From contig CM068742.1 of the NCBI GenBank assembly GCA_035084275.1, positions 154,628,001 through 154,692,000 on the forward strand: a stretch of DNA of 64,000 nucleotides, given 5' to 3'. The notes beneath the pieces were generated by a model, which made no database searches, was not told the DNA's origin, and was given only the letters and a program-made list of their open reading frames with translations. Source of the DNA: Hydrolagus colliei. Lineage: Eukaryota. Below, in pieces: positions 1-11,554 of this stretch. The position numbers and the translations under genes are program-made. The number at the start of each line of letters is the position of its first letter. The stretch's first letter is position 1.

Positions 1-252
1 CTATGCCAACAATCACCTCAGTAAACCAATGATAGTTTGTGTGGAAGTTGTTACATGAGCATTGGCTGATGTCATTCTCATCAAATACAAAGTCATTACA
101 CTTTACAGTAAATCCTGTGAAGTGCTATAAGACGTCCTCCTGATGTGAAAGACATGGTATCAAATGTGAGGATTATTAACGATGAGGTTTATCTTCCATC
201 CTCTATAAAATGTAAAACATAAAATATAAAATGTTTTCTCTTTATTTTTTAG

Positions 253-314
253 TCGTCAAATGGATTTGGTTGTTGACAACGATTTGGTTCACCCTCAGCT
301 GCCTACATGAGACG
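253..314 (+). CDS. Cytoplasmic-tail exon of an upstream Siglec-15-like paralogue (gene U; 5' part lies left of window); contains in-frame TGA at 308-310
   Basis: Strong acceptor tgttttctctttattttttAG (251-252) and donor ACG|gtaact (315). The 62 bp exon converts phase 2 to phase 1, exactly what is needed to join the 26863-type exon to the 1604 exon. Reads (S)RQMDLVVDNDLVHPQLPT*D. Window position 1 aligns to 27345, downstream of gene B's first tail exon. Confidence 0.55.
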
Positions 315-431
315 GTAACTGTTTTCTCTCGATTACCGATGGCACAATTTTCACCCCGTGCTTTCACTAACCCAGGGCTGTGTCTCAGCTTTGCTCAGTC
401 AGTGACACTCTCACCTCTGGCTCTGGGTGTC

Positions 432-806
432 TTACCTTCAAATCCCTCCACTCCTCTGCACCCCCCCTACCTGTCTAAACTCCTCTCTCCTCAAACCAGT
501 TCCCGTTGCCTTCGCTCCACTGGGTCTGGCCTGCTTCATGTCCCGTGAATCCTCCGCTCCACCCTCGGTGGCTGTGCCTGCAGCCACTATGCCCCAAGGC
601 TCTGGAACTCCCTTCCTCACTCCCTTCATCTTGCCCCTTCTTTTCTCAGTTTCAGGTCCCATCTGAAGACCTTTCTCTTCGACCGTGCCTTTGGTCACCT
701 TTCTCCTGCCCCTGGCTCGGTTCCGGGGTCCACTATTGTGAAGTACTCTGAGATGCCGTCCGTCGTGGAGGGCCCAATATAAATCAAAGTTGTTGTTGTT
801 GTTGTA
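432..806 (+). mobile_element. L2 LINE 3' fragment
   Basis: Similar to the 3' part of the long L2 at 17963-21527; ends in tataaat...(GTT)n tail. Boundaries approximate. Confidence 0.7.
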
Positions 807-959
807 CTATATATACTGTACGATTTTGTTTTTTGTTGTTGGGAGGGCATCCTTGAAGTGCAGTGTTAGAAAAGAGAAAGAAGTTTCTCTGGGTGTCCAG
901 ATTAAATTGTTTATCTACTTCATGGCTCTTTGTGGGTCCATATTGATTATCGCATTCGA

Positions 960-1225
960 CAACAATAACAAAAAGAACAACAAAATTACATATGTGTGGC
1001 GCCTTTCACGTCAGGAGGACATCCCATGGTGCTGGACAGTTACTGCTTCAGACCTGAGCAGAGCACAGGTCTGGGCGGGGGGGGAAGGAGTTGTCGGTGA
1101 GTCTATCGAAGAGGAGATTCTTGAATCGAGACTTGAAAGAGTACAGTCGGGGGGCGAGGCCGAGGATCTTCGGGATGGAGTTCCAGAAGTTGGGGTCAGA
1201 GTGATTGAAGGCTCAACAAATCCAG
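960..1225 (-). mobile_element. L2 LINE 3' fragment
   Basis: Reverse-strand (AAC)n tail followed by gcgcctttcacgtcaggaggacatccc, the L2 3' terminal motif seen throughout the window. Boundaries approximate. Confidence 0.6.
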
Positions 1226-1603
1226 TCGCAACATAACACAGTGAATCCTGTCAAATGCTATCAGATGTACTACGATATGTTTTCTCAATGTCATAGCACC
1301 ACTTTGCTATGTCCCTCAAATGTGAAATACATAATAAATTATTGTTGCTGTTGTTATTAAATCAAATGGAATAATATCCAGCCCCCAGGGCCTGGCATGT
1401 GGTTCCAATTCCCTTTTCATTGTTCATTCCGTGAACCCTTTGTCCGAGCTTTGGGGACTGGGCTTCAGACGTTAAACCCGTATCTCTGGACTTCCACATA
1501 CACAGTACATACACACTCCATTTGATAACTAGTGTCATATTTCCTTTGTGAACCCGATTTCCAATTGCTAATTATTTACCAACATTGTCTGTCTCTCCTT
1601 CAG

Positions 1604-1642
1604 AAGTGTACGGAAATTCTACCATCAGAACCGTCGATGACA
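1604..1642 (+). CDS. Cytoplasmic-tail exon of gene U with membrane-proximal tyrosine (EVYGNSTIRTVDD)
   Basis: Acceptor tgtctgtctctccttcAG, donor A|gtgagt, 39 bp phase 1-1, in frame with the ITIM exon at 2220. Confidence 0.6.
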
Positions 1643-2219
1643 GTGAGTGTTGTCTACCTTTTCTGGTTTATTGTTTATCCTGTCTCTTCTCCGCTCGCAC
1701 TCTGGCTCTGGGTCAGGAAGAGGGGTGTTGGAGCCTCTACGTTGGGGAATTTGAGGTCACACAGTCCAGGCTGATGCTCCAGTGCAGCAATGGGGAGAGC
1801 GCTGCATTGTCAGAAGTGCTGTCCTTTGAATGCGATATTAAACTGAGATCAAGTCCATGTCTGATGAAGTTGTTTTGGTCAGCCACGTGCAGAAACACAT
1901 CTGTTTGTCAAGAGGATCGAAACTTGACTGAGAGGTCCTGTCACCTGTACATCTGGAATGGAACGTGCTGTTGAGAAGGAAATTTCTCTCTCCTTGTGTC
2001 CTGGCCATCATTGTTTCAAATAAAATTGGTTGCTCACTTCATGGCTATTTGTTGGACATTTTAAATGCAAATTGGGCGCCCGGTTTGCTGGTAAAATATG
2101 GTTTTAAGACATTACAATAAAATATGAGGGTTCTAATGACTTTACCCAGGACACACAGTGTATCACAGCTCTCAGCAAGTGGAGGTACATGTCCTGACAC
2201 CATTTTGTTTCTCTTCTAG

Positions 2220-2272
2220 ATGTGATTTATGCTGTCGTCGCCAAATCGAAGAGGAGCTCAGCTGAGCAGTGA
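2220..2272 (+). CDS. Terminal exon of gene U with ITIM (NVIYAVVAKSKRSSAEQ*)
   Basis: Acceptor ttttgtttctcttctAG; VIYAVV fits the ITIM consensus (I/V/L/S)xYxx(L/V); stop TGA 2270-2272; second copy at 54671-54723. Confidence 0.75.
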
Positions 2273-2780
2273 ACTCTGGCCCCTCCCAGAGTCTGCTGTC
2301 CACAGTTTATATCGGGATGTCCTGCAGTGACTTGTATTGGGCCTGGATCAGCAGCCAATACAATAACATTGTACAATCAGTCCCTGAGAGAGCACGGCTC
2401 ATTACAGTCCCAGTGTGTTTGTAGTGTGGCTGTGGCTTGTGGCCTTGCTGTGTGTAAACACATGTTATTGCTGCCTGTGACCTGCTATTTACAATTGTGT
2501 TTATCTCCACTTCAGTGAAATCAAACATGAGGGGGTCAGGCCTAAAAGGAAGAAAGAGTCTATTCTCTGTCAGGGAGAAACACTGCCACTTGGTGGACAT
2601 TCCGGGGTTGAGTACTAAATTTTTTCACAGATACTTTCGATCTACCGTTCAATAATAGTAATCCTTTCTATTGATATAGATGTCTTTAAAACATCATGCA
2701 ATTGCTTGCATCATTGTCCCCAAAACAGTCATAGATTGAGTGACTAAATTATTATTAATCATCAGTTATTAGAAGGGATT

Positions 2781-5700
2781 ATTACCCCCAGAAAAGCAAT
2801 CCATCAATTGACCAACAATTCAATGCTGGGTCAACTGAGGCATGTGGAGTAAGGAAACATGCCGACGTATGAGTGTGCTGCCTTTACACTCTGGGCCACT
2901 GGGGGCACTGCAGGATCGTCATCAGTTCACAAACCAGTGGACAATCTGTCTCAATGTTTTCTAACTGAATGACTTCCTTGATGATTAAACTTCTTTGTCT
3001 CTCTGACCAGTGGATATGTTCCTTATTCCGCAAGTTGTCCCTGAATGTAGATTCGTGGCTGGGCTTTCATTGCTGAAAGCGGCTGCCAAGACTGGTAACA
3101 AGAGAACATGTCTGGGTATGTTACATCTGATGGGTACAGAAAGGGGAGAACTGCGAGAGCCTCAATCGAGCCTAGAGCTGGCAGAGTGAGTGCAACCCGA
3201 GTGAGGCGAGACCAGAGTGAGAAGGAATTGGATGAGAGTGAGAATGAGGTGCAAATTTATAAAATAGACAACAGCCCCCCACTGCCCCAGATCAACCTTC
3301 CTCTCCCTCCGACCACTACGCCTCCTGTCCCTGCTTGACTGGCCCACAGCTTTCCTCTGCTCCTCTCTTCACATTCTCTGTCACACACACCATGGACGCC
3401 ACTATCTGTCCAACAGCACCCACACTGACTGCCCCATCCCCCACTCTCATCTCAATGTCCATCAGTCCCCTTCACTGGGGGCAAACCTTTCCTTCCTCAT
3501 CCATATCCCCACATTCCCTTTCAATGCTCCAGGAGACATGAAGGAGACCAGAGCTCTTTGAATGTAGCGAGCGGGCTCCCTCCTTGCCTCTTCTAGTACT
3601 CTCCTCTAGCCCTTCAATTATCTTACCATCACTTCTTCCTCTCCCTGCCCTCTACCCCTCCTGATCCCAAGCCCCAACTCAGAGTCAAATCCCTCACTGT
3701 CCAATGCTTTATGACATCCTACCGACATGAAAGGCACTATACAGATGTAATTGGTTGTTGATATAATAATTATTCTTGCATTTGATTTAGCACCTATCAT
3801 GTGAGAAGTCTCAAAGCCTTTCACATATATTCACTGGAAAGTGAATTGACTTTACGGTGTATTCTGTGAAGCGCTTTGACACATCACACAGATGATATAG
3901 CAGTTTCACTGTTAATATCAGAAGTTATAGCGGTTTTATTGAGACAGACAGGGGAGAGAATTCCAATGAAAGTTGACAGAAGTAATCTGGGAACTATTGC
4001 TCCGTTAGCCTGACCTCAACAATTTTACTTCTTAATTTTTTCACCAAAGAAAGCAAGTGGACGATTATCACTTGCTTTCTTTAGATATAATAGTAATATA
4101 GTTGACAGTTGGCACATGTTCGGAAAAGGTACATATTGTTTGACCAAACTCATAGACAGTAGAAGCCCATTTATCCGTGACTCGATGAACCGGTACTTCT
4201 GTATAACCGGCACTTCCCAAAAAAGTCCACATTCGATCAACCGGAACGTATCTGGAACAATAGCGGTGGAGCATTTGTGAGTCATTGTCGCATAGGCACA
4301 GTAGTTTGTTTTGCCGCTAGTAGAGGCTAGGTTTATCGGCTTGCTGCAAGTAAGGCTTTTCACCCGCATGGCGTCCTACATTGCAAAAAGAATCGCTGGA
4401 CTGTAAACCTCAACCACAACATCATGGCTTCAAGCGCAGCATCTACCAGTAAAGGTGAACTATGGTACAGTTTACAACATTTACAATAAAGTACCAATAC
4501 AATATCTGGTATTATTTAGTCTGGTGTGTATGGTGTGTGTTAAAATAACTTAAATTTTATTGTGGTGGGTTTTTGGCAGCTGGCCGACCGAATATCCGGC
4601 ATTGGCCAGGTCCAGCTGGTACTGGATGAACGGGCTATTGGTGTAATTTGTTTCAGGAGGTGACAGCTCAGATTAATTTTGGAAAGCTATGTGTTGTAGC
4701 AGAGCGAGATCCAGAAGACTTTCTACAAAACACCACAAGAAACCCAACTTCACAAATGGTAGTCACTGGTTATCAAGAGAAAGACTAGGAACTAGGAACT
4801 GGATTCAACAACGACCACCACAACAACAAAATTGCACTCATATAGCGCCTTTCACGTCGGGAGGACCTCCCAAAGCACTGAACAGTCTGGTCGGAAGCCA
4901 AGTGTGGTATGGTGGGGGTTGGGGTAGGGGGAAGGGGAAGGAGAGTGGAGAGGGGGAAGAGTTTGTGGGGCAGCCGAAGGCGCGGTCGAAGAGGAAGGTC
5001 TTGAGACCGGCCTTGAAGGAGGAAAGGGAGGAGGCGAGGGGGAGGGGCTGCGAGATGGAGTTCCACAGTGTGGGAGCAGAGAGGCTGAAAGCCCGGCCAC
5101 CGATGGTTGAGGGGATTAGGGCAGTGGATGCGGAGCAGGCCTGAGTCTGCTGAACAGACGGGACAGGGGAGGCTGATAGGGGGATAGCAGGTCAGAGAGA
5201 AAGGCGGGGGCAGGCCGTGAATAGCCTTGAAAGTGAGAACGAGGATCTTGAATTCTATCCTCTGGGAGACGGGGAGCCAGTGGAGACGGGCGAGGGTGGG
5301 TGTGTCATGGTCACGACGCCTGATATGGGAGAGTACACGAGCTGCAGAATTCTGAATGATCTGCAGCCTGTGAAGGGAGGAGCTGGGGAGGCCGACGATG
5401 AGAGAGTTCCTGTAGTCAAGCCTGGAAGTGATAAAGGCATGGCTGAGAGTTTCGGGGGCGTCGGGGGTGAGGTAGTAGCGGAGTCTGGCAATATTGCGGA
5501 GGTGATGGAAGGCTGTGCTGGTCATGGAGTGGATGTGATGGAGGAAGGGTATTTGGGGTTGAACAAGTCGCCCAGATTCCTGATTGGCTTCGAGAGGTGG
5601 AGAGAACAGCCTTGAATGCTGATATTGTCAGCACCTGAGGTGTGGAGGCACTGATGTGAGCCAATGAGGAGGACTTCTGTCTTGTTGACGTTGAGTTATA

Positions 5701-6380
5701 GGAAATTTGCCCTCGTCTAGGACTCAATGTCGGACAGACATGCAGACAGAATACCAGTGGTCGTGGAATCAAGGGTTGATGCGAATGACGTTTGTGACAT
5801 TGACCAGGGCAGTTTCTGTTCTGTGGGAGGCACGGAAACCCGATTAGAGGGGTTCGAGGAGTGAGTGTTGTGTGAGGAAAGAGCGGAGCTGGGAGACAAC
5901 CACTCTTTAAAGGACCTTGGTAAAGAAAGGGAGGTTGGAGATGGGCCTGTAGTTAGACAGCTGTGACGCATCGAGGCAAGGATTTTTTACGATGGGGGTG
6001 ATGGTGGCGGTTTTGAAGGCAGTGGAAACAGTCCCTGATGAGAGGGACAGGTTGATAGTGTCAGTGATTACAGGGGCTAGAAGGTGGAGCTGGGTAGTAA
6101 GGAGATGGGTGGGGATGGGATCAAGGGAGCAGGTGGTGAGCTTCATTGAGGGATTGGCTGAAGAGAAGGAAGCAGAGACCTTTGTTGAGTGAACAATGTC
6201 TTAATTTATACTATATGCTGTAGTGCAGTGACCACTTTCCTCACAACAACAACAAACTGACATTTGTATCGTGCCTTTCATGTCACAAGCAAGAGAGTTG
6301 GGTTCAATTCCCAGCAGGGTGAAATGTTGGTCAAATTTCCTTACTCCACAAGCCTCTATTTAACAAACCAGTAAGTCGAC
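2781..6380. repeat. Intergenic spacer of the tandem Ig-receptor unit, present three times (also ~27600-31600 and ~55230-58800)
   Basis: Collinear, highly similar sequence including the same minus-strand L2 fragment in all three copies. Confidence 0.85.
4808..6180 (-). mobile_element. 5'-truncated L2 LINE (RT and 3' end), inactive
   Basis: Minus-strand fragments [13 protein letters not shown]...YRPISNLPF and [12 protein letters not shown]...SRLDYRNSLIVGLP...LHWLPV; (AAC)n-like tail at ~4808. Confidence 0.85.
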
Positions 6381-7025
6381 CTTGTTAGTCAATTACCCTG
6401 GTCCCTTCAGCCTCTGCCATAATTTAGGGGTGATGTAAGTGGGGAAAGCAACGGGTGAAATTGCAATAGATTATTTCCGCTGAACCAACTAGATACCAGG
6501 AACATATCTAAAAAATAACAAAAAAGGAACTCAGTGAGAGTGGGGTTACAAACCCCGTCTTTACACAGAAGTGATGCAATAGTGAAAATCTTCACAAACA
6601 ACATATAATGGCACAATCCGTCAATCTATCAGATGGATCTGAATAGATGTTTGAAGTGGAGGTATATTCTTTACAGCAAGTGGTGGGAGGGGGAGTGATC
6701 CAACTACGAGTTCATGTCAAAATCCCTAATTGTCCAGGGCCTTGGGACATCCTCCCAACATGAAAGTGCTGTAGAATGTCATGTATTTGGGATGTAAAGC
6801 TGTGGGCAATGTAAACGAGTATTAAACTTCATCCAGTGAGTGTAACATGGGGCGGGGGCAGAGTTAGTGTTGAAACATTGCAGAGGATCAGACAAGGGTG
6901 ATGTGGGGGCTTGAGCTCTGGTGGTGACAAGGGAAATGAGGGGAGGAAGGAAAGAGAGGTGTGGCCAGCTGTGTCAGTGTGAGGCAGGCATGCGAGGGGA
7001 AGGAGTGTGTCCTGAGTGAGGGAAG

Positions 7026-7077
7026 ATGATGCTGGGAGCTGTGCTCTGTGCCCTGGTCCTGTCAGCCTCTGCCTTAC
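7026..7077 (+). CDS. Signal-peptide exon of gene A ([18 protein letters not shown])
   Basis: ATG, hydrophobic leader, phase-1 donor C|gtacgt; same exon at 17822 and 59883. Confidence 0.8.
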
Positions 7078-7109
7078 GTACGTACTTTCCAATCAGTAAC
7101 TATAATAAC

Positions 7110-7722
7110 TGCTCACACGCGATTGTCACCTCAATGCTCGACTCCGGCAACTCCCTCCTTGTCGGCCTCCCCAACTCTTCCCTCCACAAGCTGCAGATAA
7201 TCCCAAACTTTGCACCTCGTGTCCTCTCCCACACCAGGCTCTGCGACCCTATCACCCCCACCCTCGCCCTGGTCCACTGGCTGCCTGTCCCTCAGAGAAT
7301 CAAATTCAAGATCTTGATACTCACATTCATGTCCCTCCACCCTCCTACCTCTCTGACCAGCAGATTCCCTATCAACCTACCTGTCCTTCCATTCAGCAGG
7401 CTCCAGCCTTCTCCATGTCTCCCACCCGACCCTCCCTTCCATCTTTGATGGGCTTTCAGGCTCTCTGCTCGAATTCTTTACGGTTCTATCACACAATCCC
7501 TTTGTCTTGCTTCCTCCCTTGCCTCCTTCAATGCCAGTGTCAAGATCCTCCTTTTTGAGTGTCCCTTCAGCCGCCTTCCTATCTCTCTGGCCGCTTTCAT
7601 CACAAACCTGCACCTACTCCACCACCTCGCCTATGCTTGGGTCCTGGCACCTGACTGGTCAACGCCTTGGGACATCCACCCAACATGAAAGGCGATCCAT
7701 AAATATAGTTGTTGTTGTCGTA
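7110..7722 (+). mobile_element. Old L2 3' fragment in intron 1 (also ~59968-60575; split copy in gene B at ~17906-17962 plus 21536 onward)
   Basis: [16 protein letters not shown]...HWLPV...IKFKIL, then L2 3' motif and (GTT)n tail. Confidence 0.75.
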
Positions 7723-8349
7723 TCTCTTTAGTGGCATGATTACAGAGACAGGTGACATCTGTAAATAAGGTTTTTGTCTTTAATGTTGACAGATCTGCCG
7801 CTGAGTGAGTCACTCACTGAGCCTCACAGGGCAAGTGTGTATTTGTTCATTCTGCTTCCATTTGATTTTCCAAACCTCTCTCTGTCTTGTCTTGTCTGTC
7901 CGTCTTTACTCCCCACTGATTCCCAAGGGATGGTACAAATTACCCCCAACGCATATTCTGCGATCCACAATATTTTCGTTTCCTCTTACATCAGATGCCT
8001 GGGTGACAACAAATTATGGTATTTTTATAATACAATAGACCACAAGAGCGTTTTTCTTTCCACAAGCCACCCATTCTAATCCCTCTGTCCAGTCACTTCC
8101 GATTCCCTACACCCTTAATATTGCTCCTCTTCAAACATCTATCCAATTCCCTTTGATAGACTTGATGGATGATGTCTTGAATCCAGTTTGTGGCAGATAA
8201 TTCCACAATTCCATCCTGTGTAAAGACCAAAGTGTTTGCTTGTTAACTCTCTGCCTCTACTTTATCTGTTTTAAGCTCCTCATAGTTCCTCTTTTGTGAT
8301 AGTATTAGATCTGTTCCTATTGCGATATCAGTGAAAATATATTGCTATT

Positions 8350-8845
8350 TCCCCTGTTCCTTGACCACATCACACCCACCCTCGCCCGTCTACACTGCCT
8401 CCCCAGCCACCAGAAGATCGAATTCACGATCTTTATCCTCACTTCCAAGACCATTCACGGCCTTGCCCCCGTCTATCTCTTCGGCATGCTATCTCCCTAT
8501 CAGTCTGCGTGCGCCTCCATTCAGTGGGCTCTGGTCTGCTCCATGTCCCCCGCCCGAACTGTCCTACCATCGGTGGCCAGGCTTTCAACCTCTCTGCCCC
8601 CACACTCTGGAACTCCATCCCTCAACCACTTCACCTTGCTTCCTGTTTCCTCCTTCAAGGCCGGTATCAAAACCTTCCGCTTTGACCGTGCTTTCTGCTG
8701 CCCACCTAACTATCACCACTTTCCAACTCACCATCCCCCTATCCCTACCCCGACCCTTCCCTCCCCCTGCTCGGGTCCCGACCTAACTGTTGAGTGCCTT
8801 GGACGTGAAAAGAGCTCTGAAAATGTAATTTTGTTGTTGTTGTGA
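8350..8845 (+). mobile_element. L2 3' fragment in intron 1 (also ~61205-61710)
   Basis: [14 protein letters not shown]...KIEFTIFILT; ends gtgaaaagagctctgaaaatgtaatt(ttg)n. Confidence 0.75.
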
Positions 8846-9108
8846 CTTGTTCTGACCTCTATCTGGTCGCCCCAAACCTTCTCAATTTGTGAGCCACCAA
8901 TCTGTCAAATCTCTCTTCGGATATGAAACTAATCATCTCTGTGGACTTGCCAACACACTAGGATGCATCTTTTCCATTTTTTTAAATAATGTTCTTCTAG
9001 GGATCCCCAAATTGTCTACATTAATCCCAGCTGTGACCTAACCAAGCTCTTGTCCAAGCTCAGTGTTGCCTGTTTGCTTTTATATTGTGTTCTGGTTCAC
9101 ATTACACA

Positions 9109-9492
9109 ACTTTGGTGAGGCCTCAGCTGGAATACTGTGTTCAATTCTGGTCACCACACTACAGAAAGGATGTGAAGACATTGGAAAGGGTACAAAGAAG
9201 ATCTACTAGGATGGTGCCAGGATTGAGGGACTTCAGCTATGAGGAGAGGCTAGATAGGCTAGGGTTATTCTCTCTGGAGCAGAGAAGATTGAGGGGAGAC
9301 CTAATAGAGGTTCATAAGATCATGAGGGGTTTCGACAGGGCAAATAGAGAAAAACTATTTCCACTCGTGGGCGAATCTGTGACTCGTGGTCACAGATTTA
9401 AAATAGTTTCAAGGCAAAGTAGAGGGGAGCTGAGGAGAAATGTTTTCACTCAGCGAGTTGTTCGAATCTGGAATGGATTGCCTGAAAAGGTG
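9109..9492 (+). mobile_element. Internal CR1 ORF2 C-terminal fragment replacing the V1 splice acceptor of gene A
   Basis: TLVRPQLEYCVQFWSPHYRKD...RIWNGLPEKV; about 97% identical by eye to ~14392-14772; no ATTCTATG tail; absent from gene C at the homologous site (61975-61995). Confidence 0.9.
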
Positions 9493-9904
9493 TGAATGGC
9501 TGGACAATGGAGACCCTGATACAGTGACCGGCAGGTTAGGGTCACCAGTCATCATGTACTGCAAGTTCACTCACCCTCACCCCAGATACACAGGCAACAT
9601 CACCATCAAGTGGAAGGGAGGCTGGGCTGGTCCTGTGTATTTTAAATATACAAACTATAGGCCAGATTCACAGGGAAAGTATCAAAATGTCATTGATGTA
9701 AACGAGGGAGATCGACACCGAGTGATTGGGAAACTGAGGAGGAACGACGCTACAATACAGATAAACCAGCTGAGGGGAGAGGACAATAATAAGACTTTCT
9801 CCTGTTCAACTGTCAACTGTTCAAAAGTTCAACTGCCGTGTGGAGCTCCAGAGTGAGGGCAGACAGTTTGCAACTGACCCCAGATACATGTCTGTATGTT
9901 ACAG
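9493..9904 (+). pseudogene. Disrupted V1 Ig exon of gene A
   Basis: [25 protein letters not shown]...RRNDATIQI; donor G|gtgagg at 9905; frameshifts as described for gene A. Confidence 0.85.
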
Positions 9905-10196
9905 GTGAGGAACGTTGGGAAGTGGGAATGAGACGTGATGATCCTCACTGGTGCCAGAGTCAGTGGGAAGTGTCTCGCCCAGGACGGGCAATAGGGAGCG
10001 CGTGTTCCCAGTGAAGGAAGGTGTGTAACAGGGGCTGGCAGGGACAGTGAGTGAGCGGCTGATGGGAGGGAGGGCTGTGCTGTACACTGACCTGTCACTG
10101 TGGGAATGTCTATTTGCCAAGGCTCCTCACATGTGTGTAACATGTACTGTGTCACACTGACTGCGCTTCAGTATTCCAATCCTGTTCCTGTCTCAG

Positions 10197-10580
10197 GTCA
10201 TGAAGAGAAGCTCCCGTCAGTGACTGGTACCAAGGGAGGTGATGCCACACTGCCCTGCTCCTTCACCAGGCCCAACACACACCAGAATCCTGCCACAGTC
10301 ACAGTGATTTGGAGGAGAGGGAGGCCACAAGGGCAGCCGGTTACTAATGACACTGTTGACCTCACCTCCCGCTCCAACCCCAGGGAGTCAGAGACAGTGA
10401 ATGAAGGAAAGCGCTATAACCTGGTCGGGAATGTGAGGGATGGAGACGCTTCCCTGAGGATCAGGGACCTGGAGTTAAACGACACCAACCGGTATTTCTG
10501 TAACGTACACGTCATGTTTATCCTTAACAGACAACAACAGGACCAGATGACACAGGACTTATCACGGATACAGGTTTTTG
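10197..10580 (+). CDS. V2 (V-set Ig) exon of gene A, open frame
   Basis: Acceptor cctgtctcAG, 384 bp phase 1-1, GDATLPCSF...VIWRRG...[19 protein letters not shown], donor G|gtaag. Confidence 0.85.
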
Positions 10581-11430
10581 GTAAGAAATCTCTTGTCACT
10601 GCGGGTCACTGAATTGGGTAAATAAACAGGTCAATGTTCACTTGGTTTTAACAACGTTAAGTTTGATTAATTCCATATTCTGCTTCTCATGTGTTAATTA
10701 GCACACAGAATATATTCGGAATGAGCAGAAACTTTAGTTGATACAGGAGACAGTGTTTCTTCCCTCTCGTCTGATGTTGACTGGCTAGTCAAAGCCTTAA
10801 CAATTAGACTCACTTTTACCACCGCATTTCCTACCCTACTCTCTTCCTGATCCCAAATTCCAGCTTTGGTGGTGGTGGAAATCCTGATTTGGGAATTCCA
10901 CCCCGTGTGAAAGCCACGCTACAAATGTGATTGTTTATTGTGGCTTAAAGTAGCAGGAAGCTTGCCATGGGGTGTGTACAAGATTACGGAATGACAAGAT
11001 TGGTCTGGGCGATGAAAGCCCATCTGATGTGAAAAGCGCTAAACAAATGTAACTCTGTTGTTGTTGTTCATCTCATCTTTGCAAAACACACACCTACTGT
11101 CCACGCATCGCATCATCAAGTTGCTTTGTAAATGAATCCAGTGTCCTGGCCTCAAATACCCTACCTGGCAACCTGATCCAGTTGTGCGAGTGTGCAACAA
11201 TGGGGAGAGAATGACTGGGATCAGAGTGGAGAGCTCCAGTGGGGAGTGAGCACAGACATGATGCGGAAATATATTTGGTAACAATAACTCTGTTTCTTTA
11301 TACCCAAAGCTCCGGCCGTCATCCTGACTCTGTCCCTTGTGGCTGGTCCACAGAATGAGGGGAGGATGGAAATAGAAGGGTGAACAGTTGAGTTAGTGTA
11401 AGCAGGCAAGAGAGAGGAAGTGGTTAAGAG

Positions 11431-11480
11431 ATGATGCTGGGAGCTGTGCTCTGTCCCTGGTCCCGTCAGCCTCTGCGGGT
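11431..11480 (+). pseudogene. Non-functional upstream duplicate of the leader exon (also 63937-63983; related copies 59225-59274 and partial ~6397-6420)
   Basis: ATGATGCTGGGAGCTGTGCTCTGT then a 1-bp deletion (tgtccctgg vs tgtgccctgg) and no GT donor at the expected site. Confidence 0.65.
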
Positions 11481-11554
11481 TTTAGTGTTGGCCTAATACA
11501 ACTGTCCGAGGTATAGATAGGCGTTTTTGTGAACGGAAACGCGAATCTCGGAAG

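Larger units (their letters stand above)
7026..11383 (+). pseudogene. Gene A: disrupted Siglec-15-like receptor (leader, broken V1, intact V2, truncated C2 stub)
   Basis: Leader 7026-7077. V1 acceptor replaced by a CR1 piece; V1 has a 1-bp deletion (gagaccctgat vs gagacccctgat in gene B) and a 31-bp insertion at 9805-9835. V2 10197-10580 is open. C2 exon is cut after 38 bp (11310-11347) and runs to TGA 11381-11383. Confidence 0.8.

Noticed and set aside
4025-4440. Repeated 114-aa minus-strand ORF (also 29406-29750, 56438-56734) or a MITE
   Set aside because: Frame and stops differ among the three copies, no recognisable domain, and no matching pair of terminal repeats; it is spacer carried by the duplications.
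10296-10345. CACAGTG heptamer inside V2 suggesting V(D)J recombination signals
   Set aside because: No ACAAAAACC-like nonamer at 12 or 23 bp. Each V exon already includes its G strand and ends in a splice donor, so these are not rearranging segments.
11413-11422. PU.1-like site AGAGGAAGTG before a leader ATG
   Set aside because: It lies at the dead leader and is not conserved in the sister copy at ~63918.
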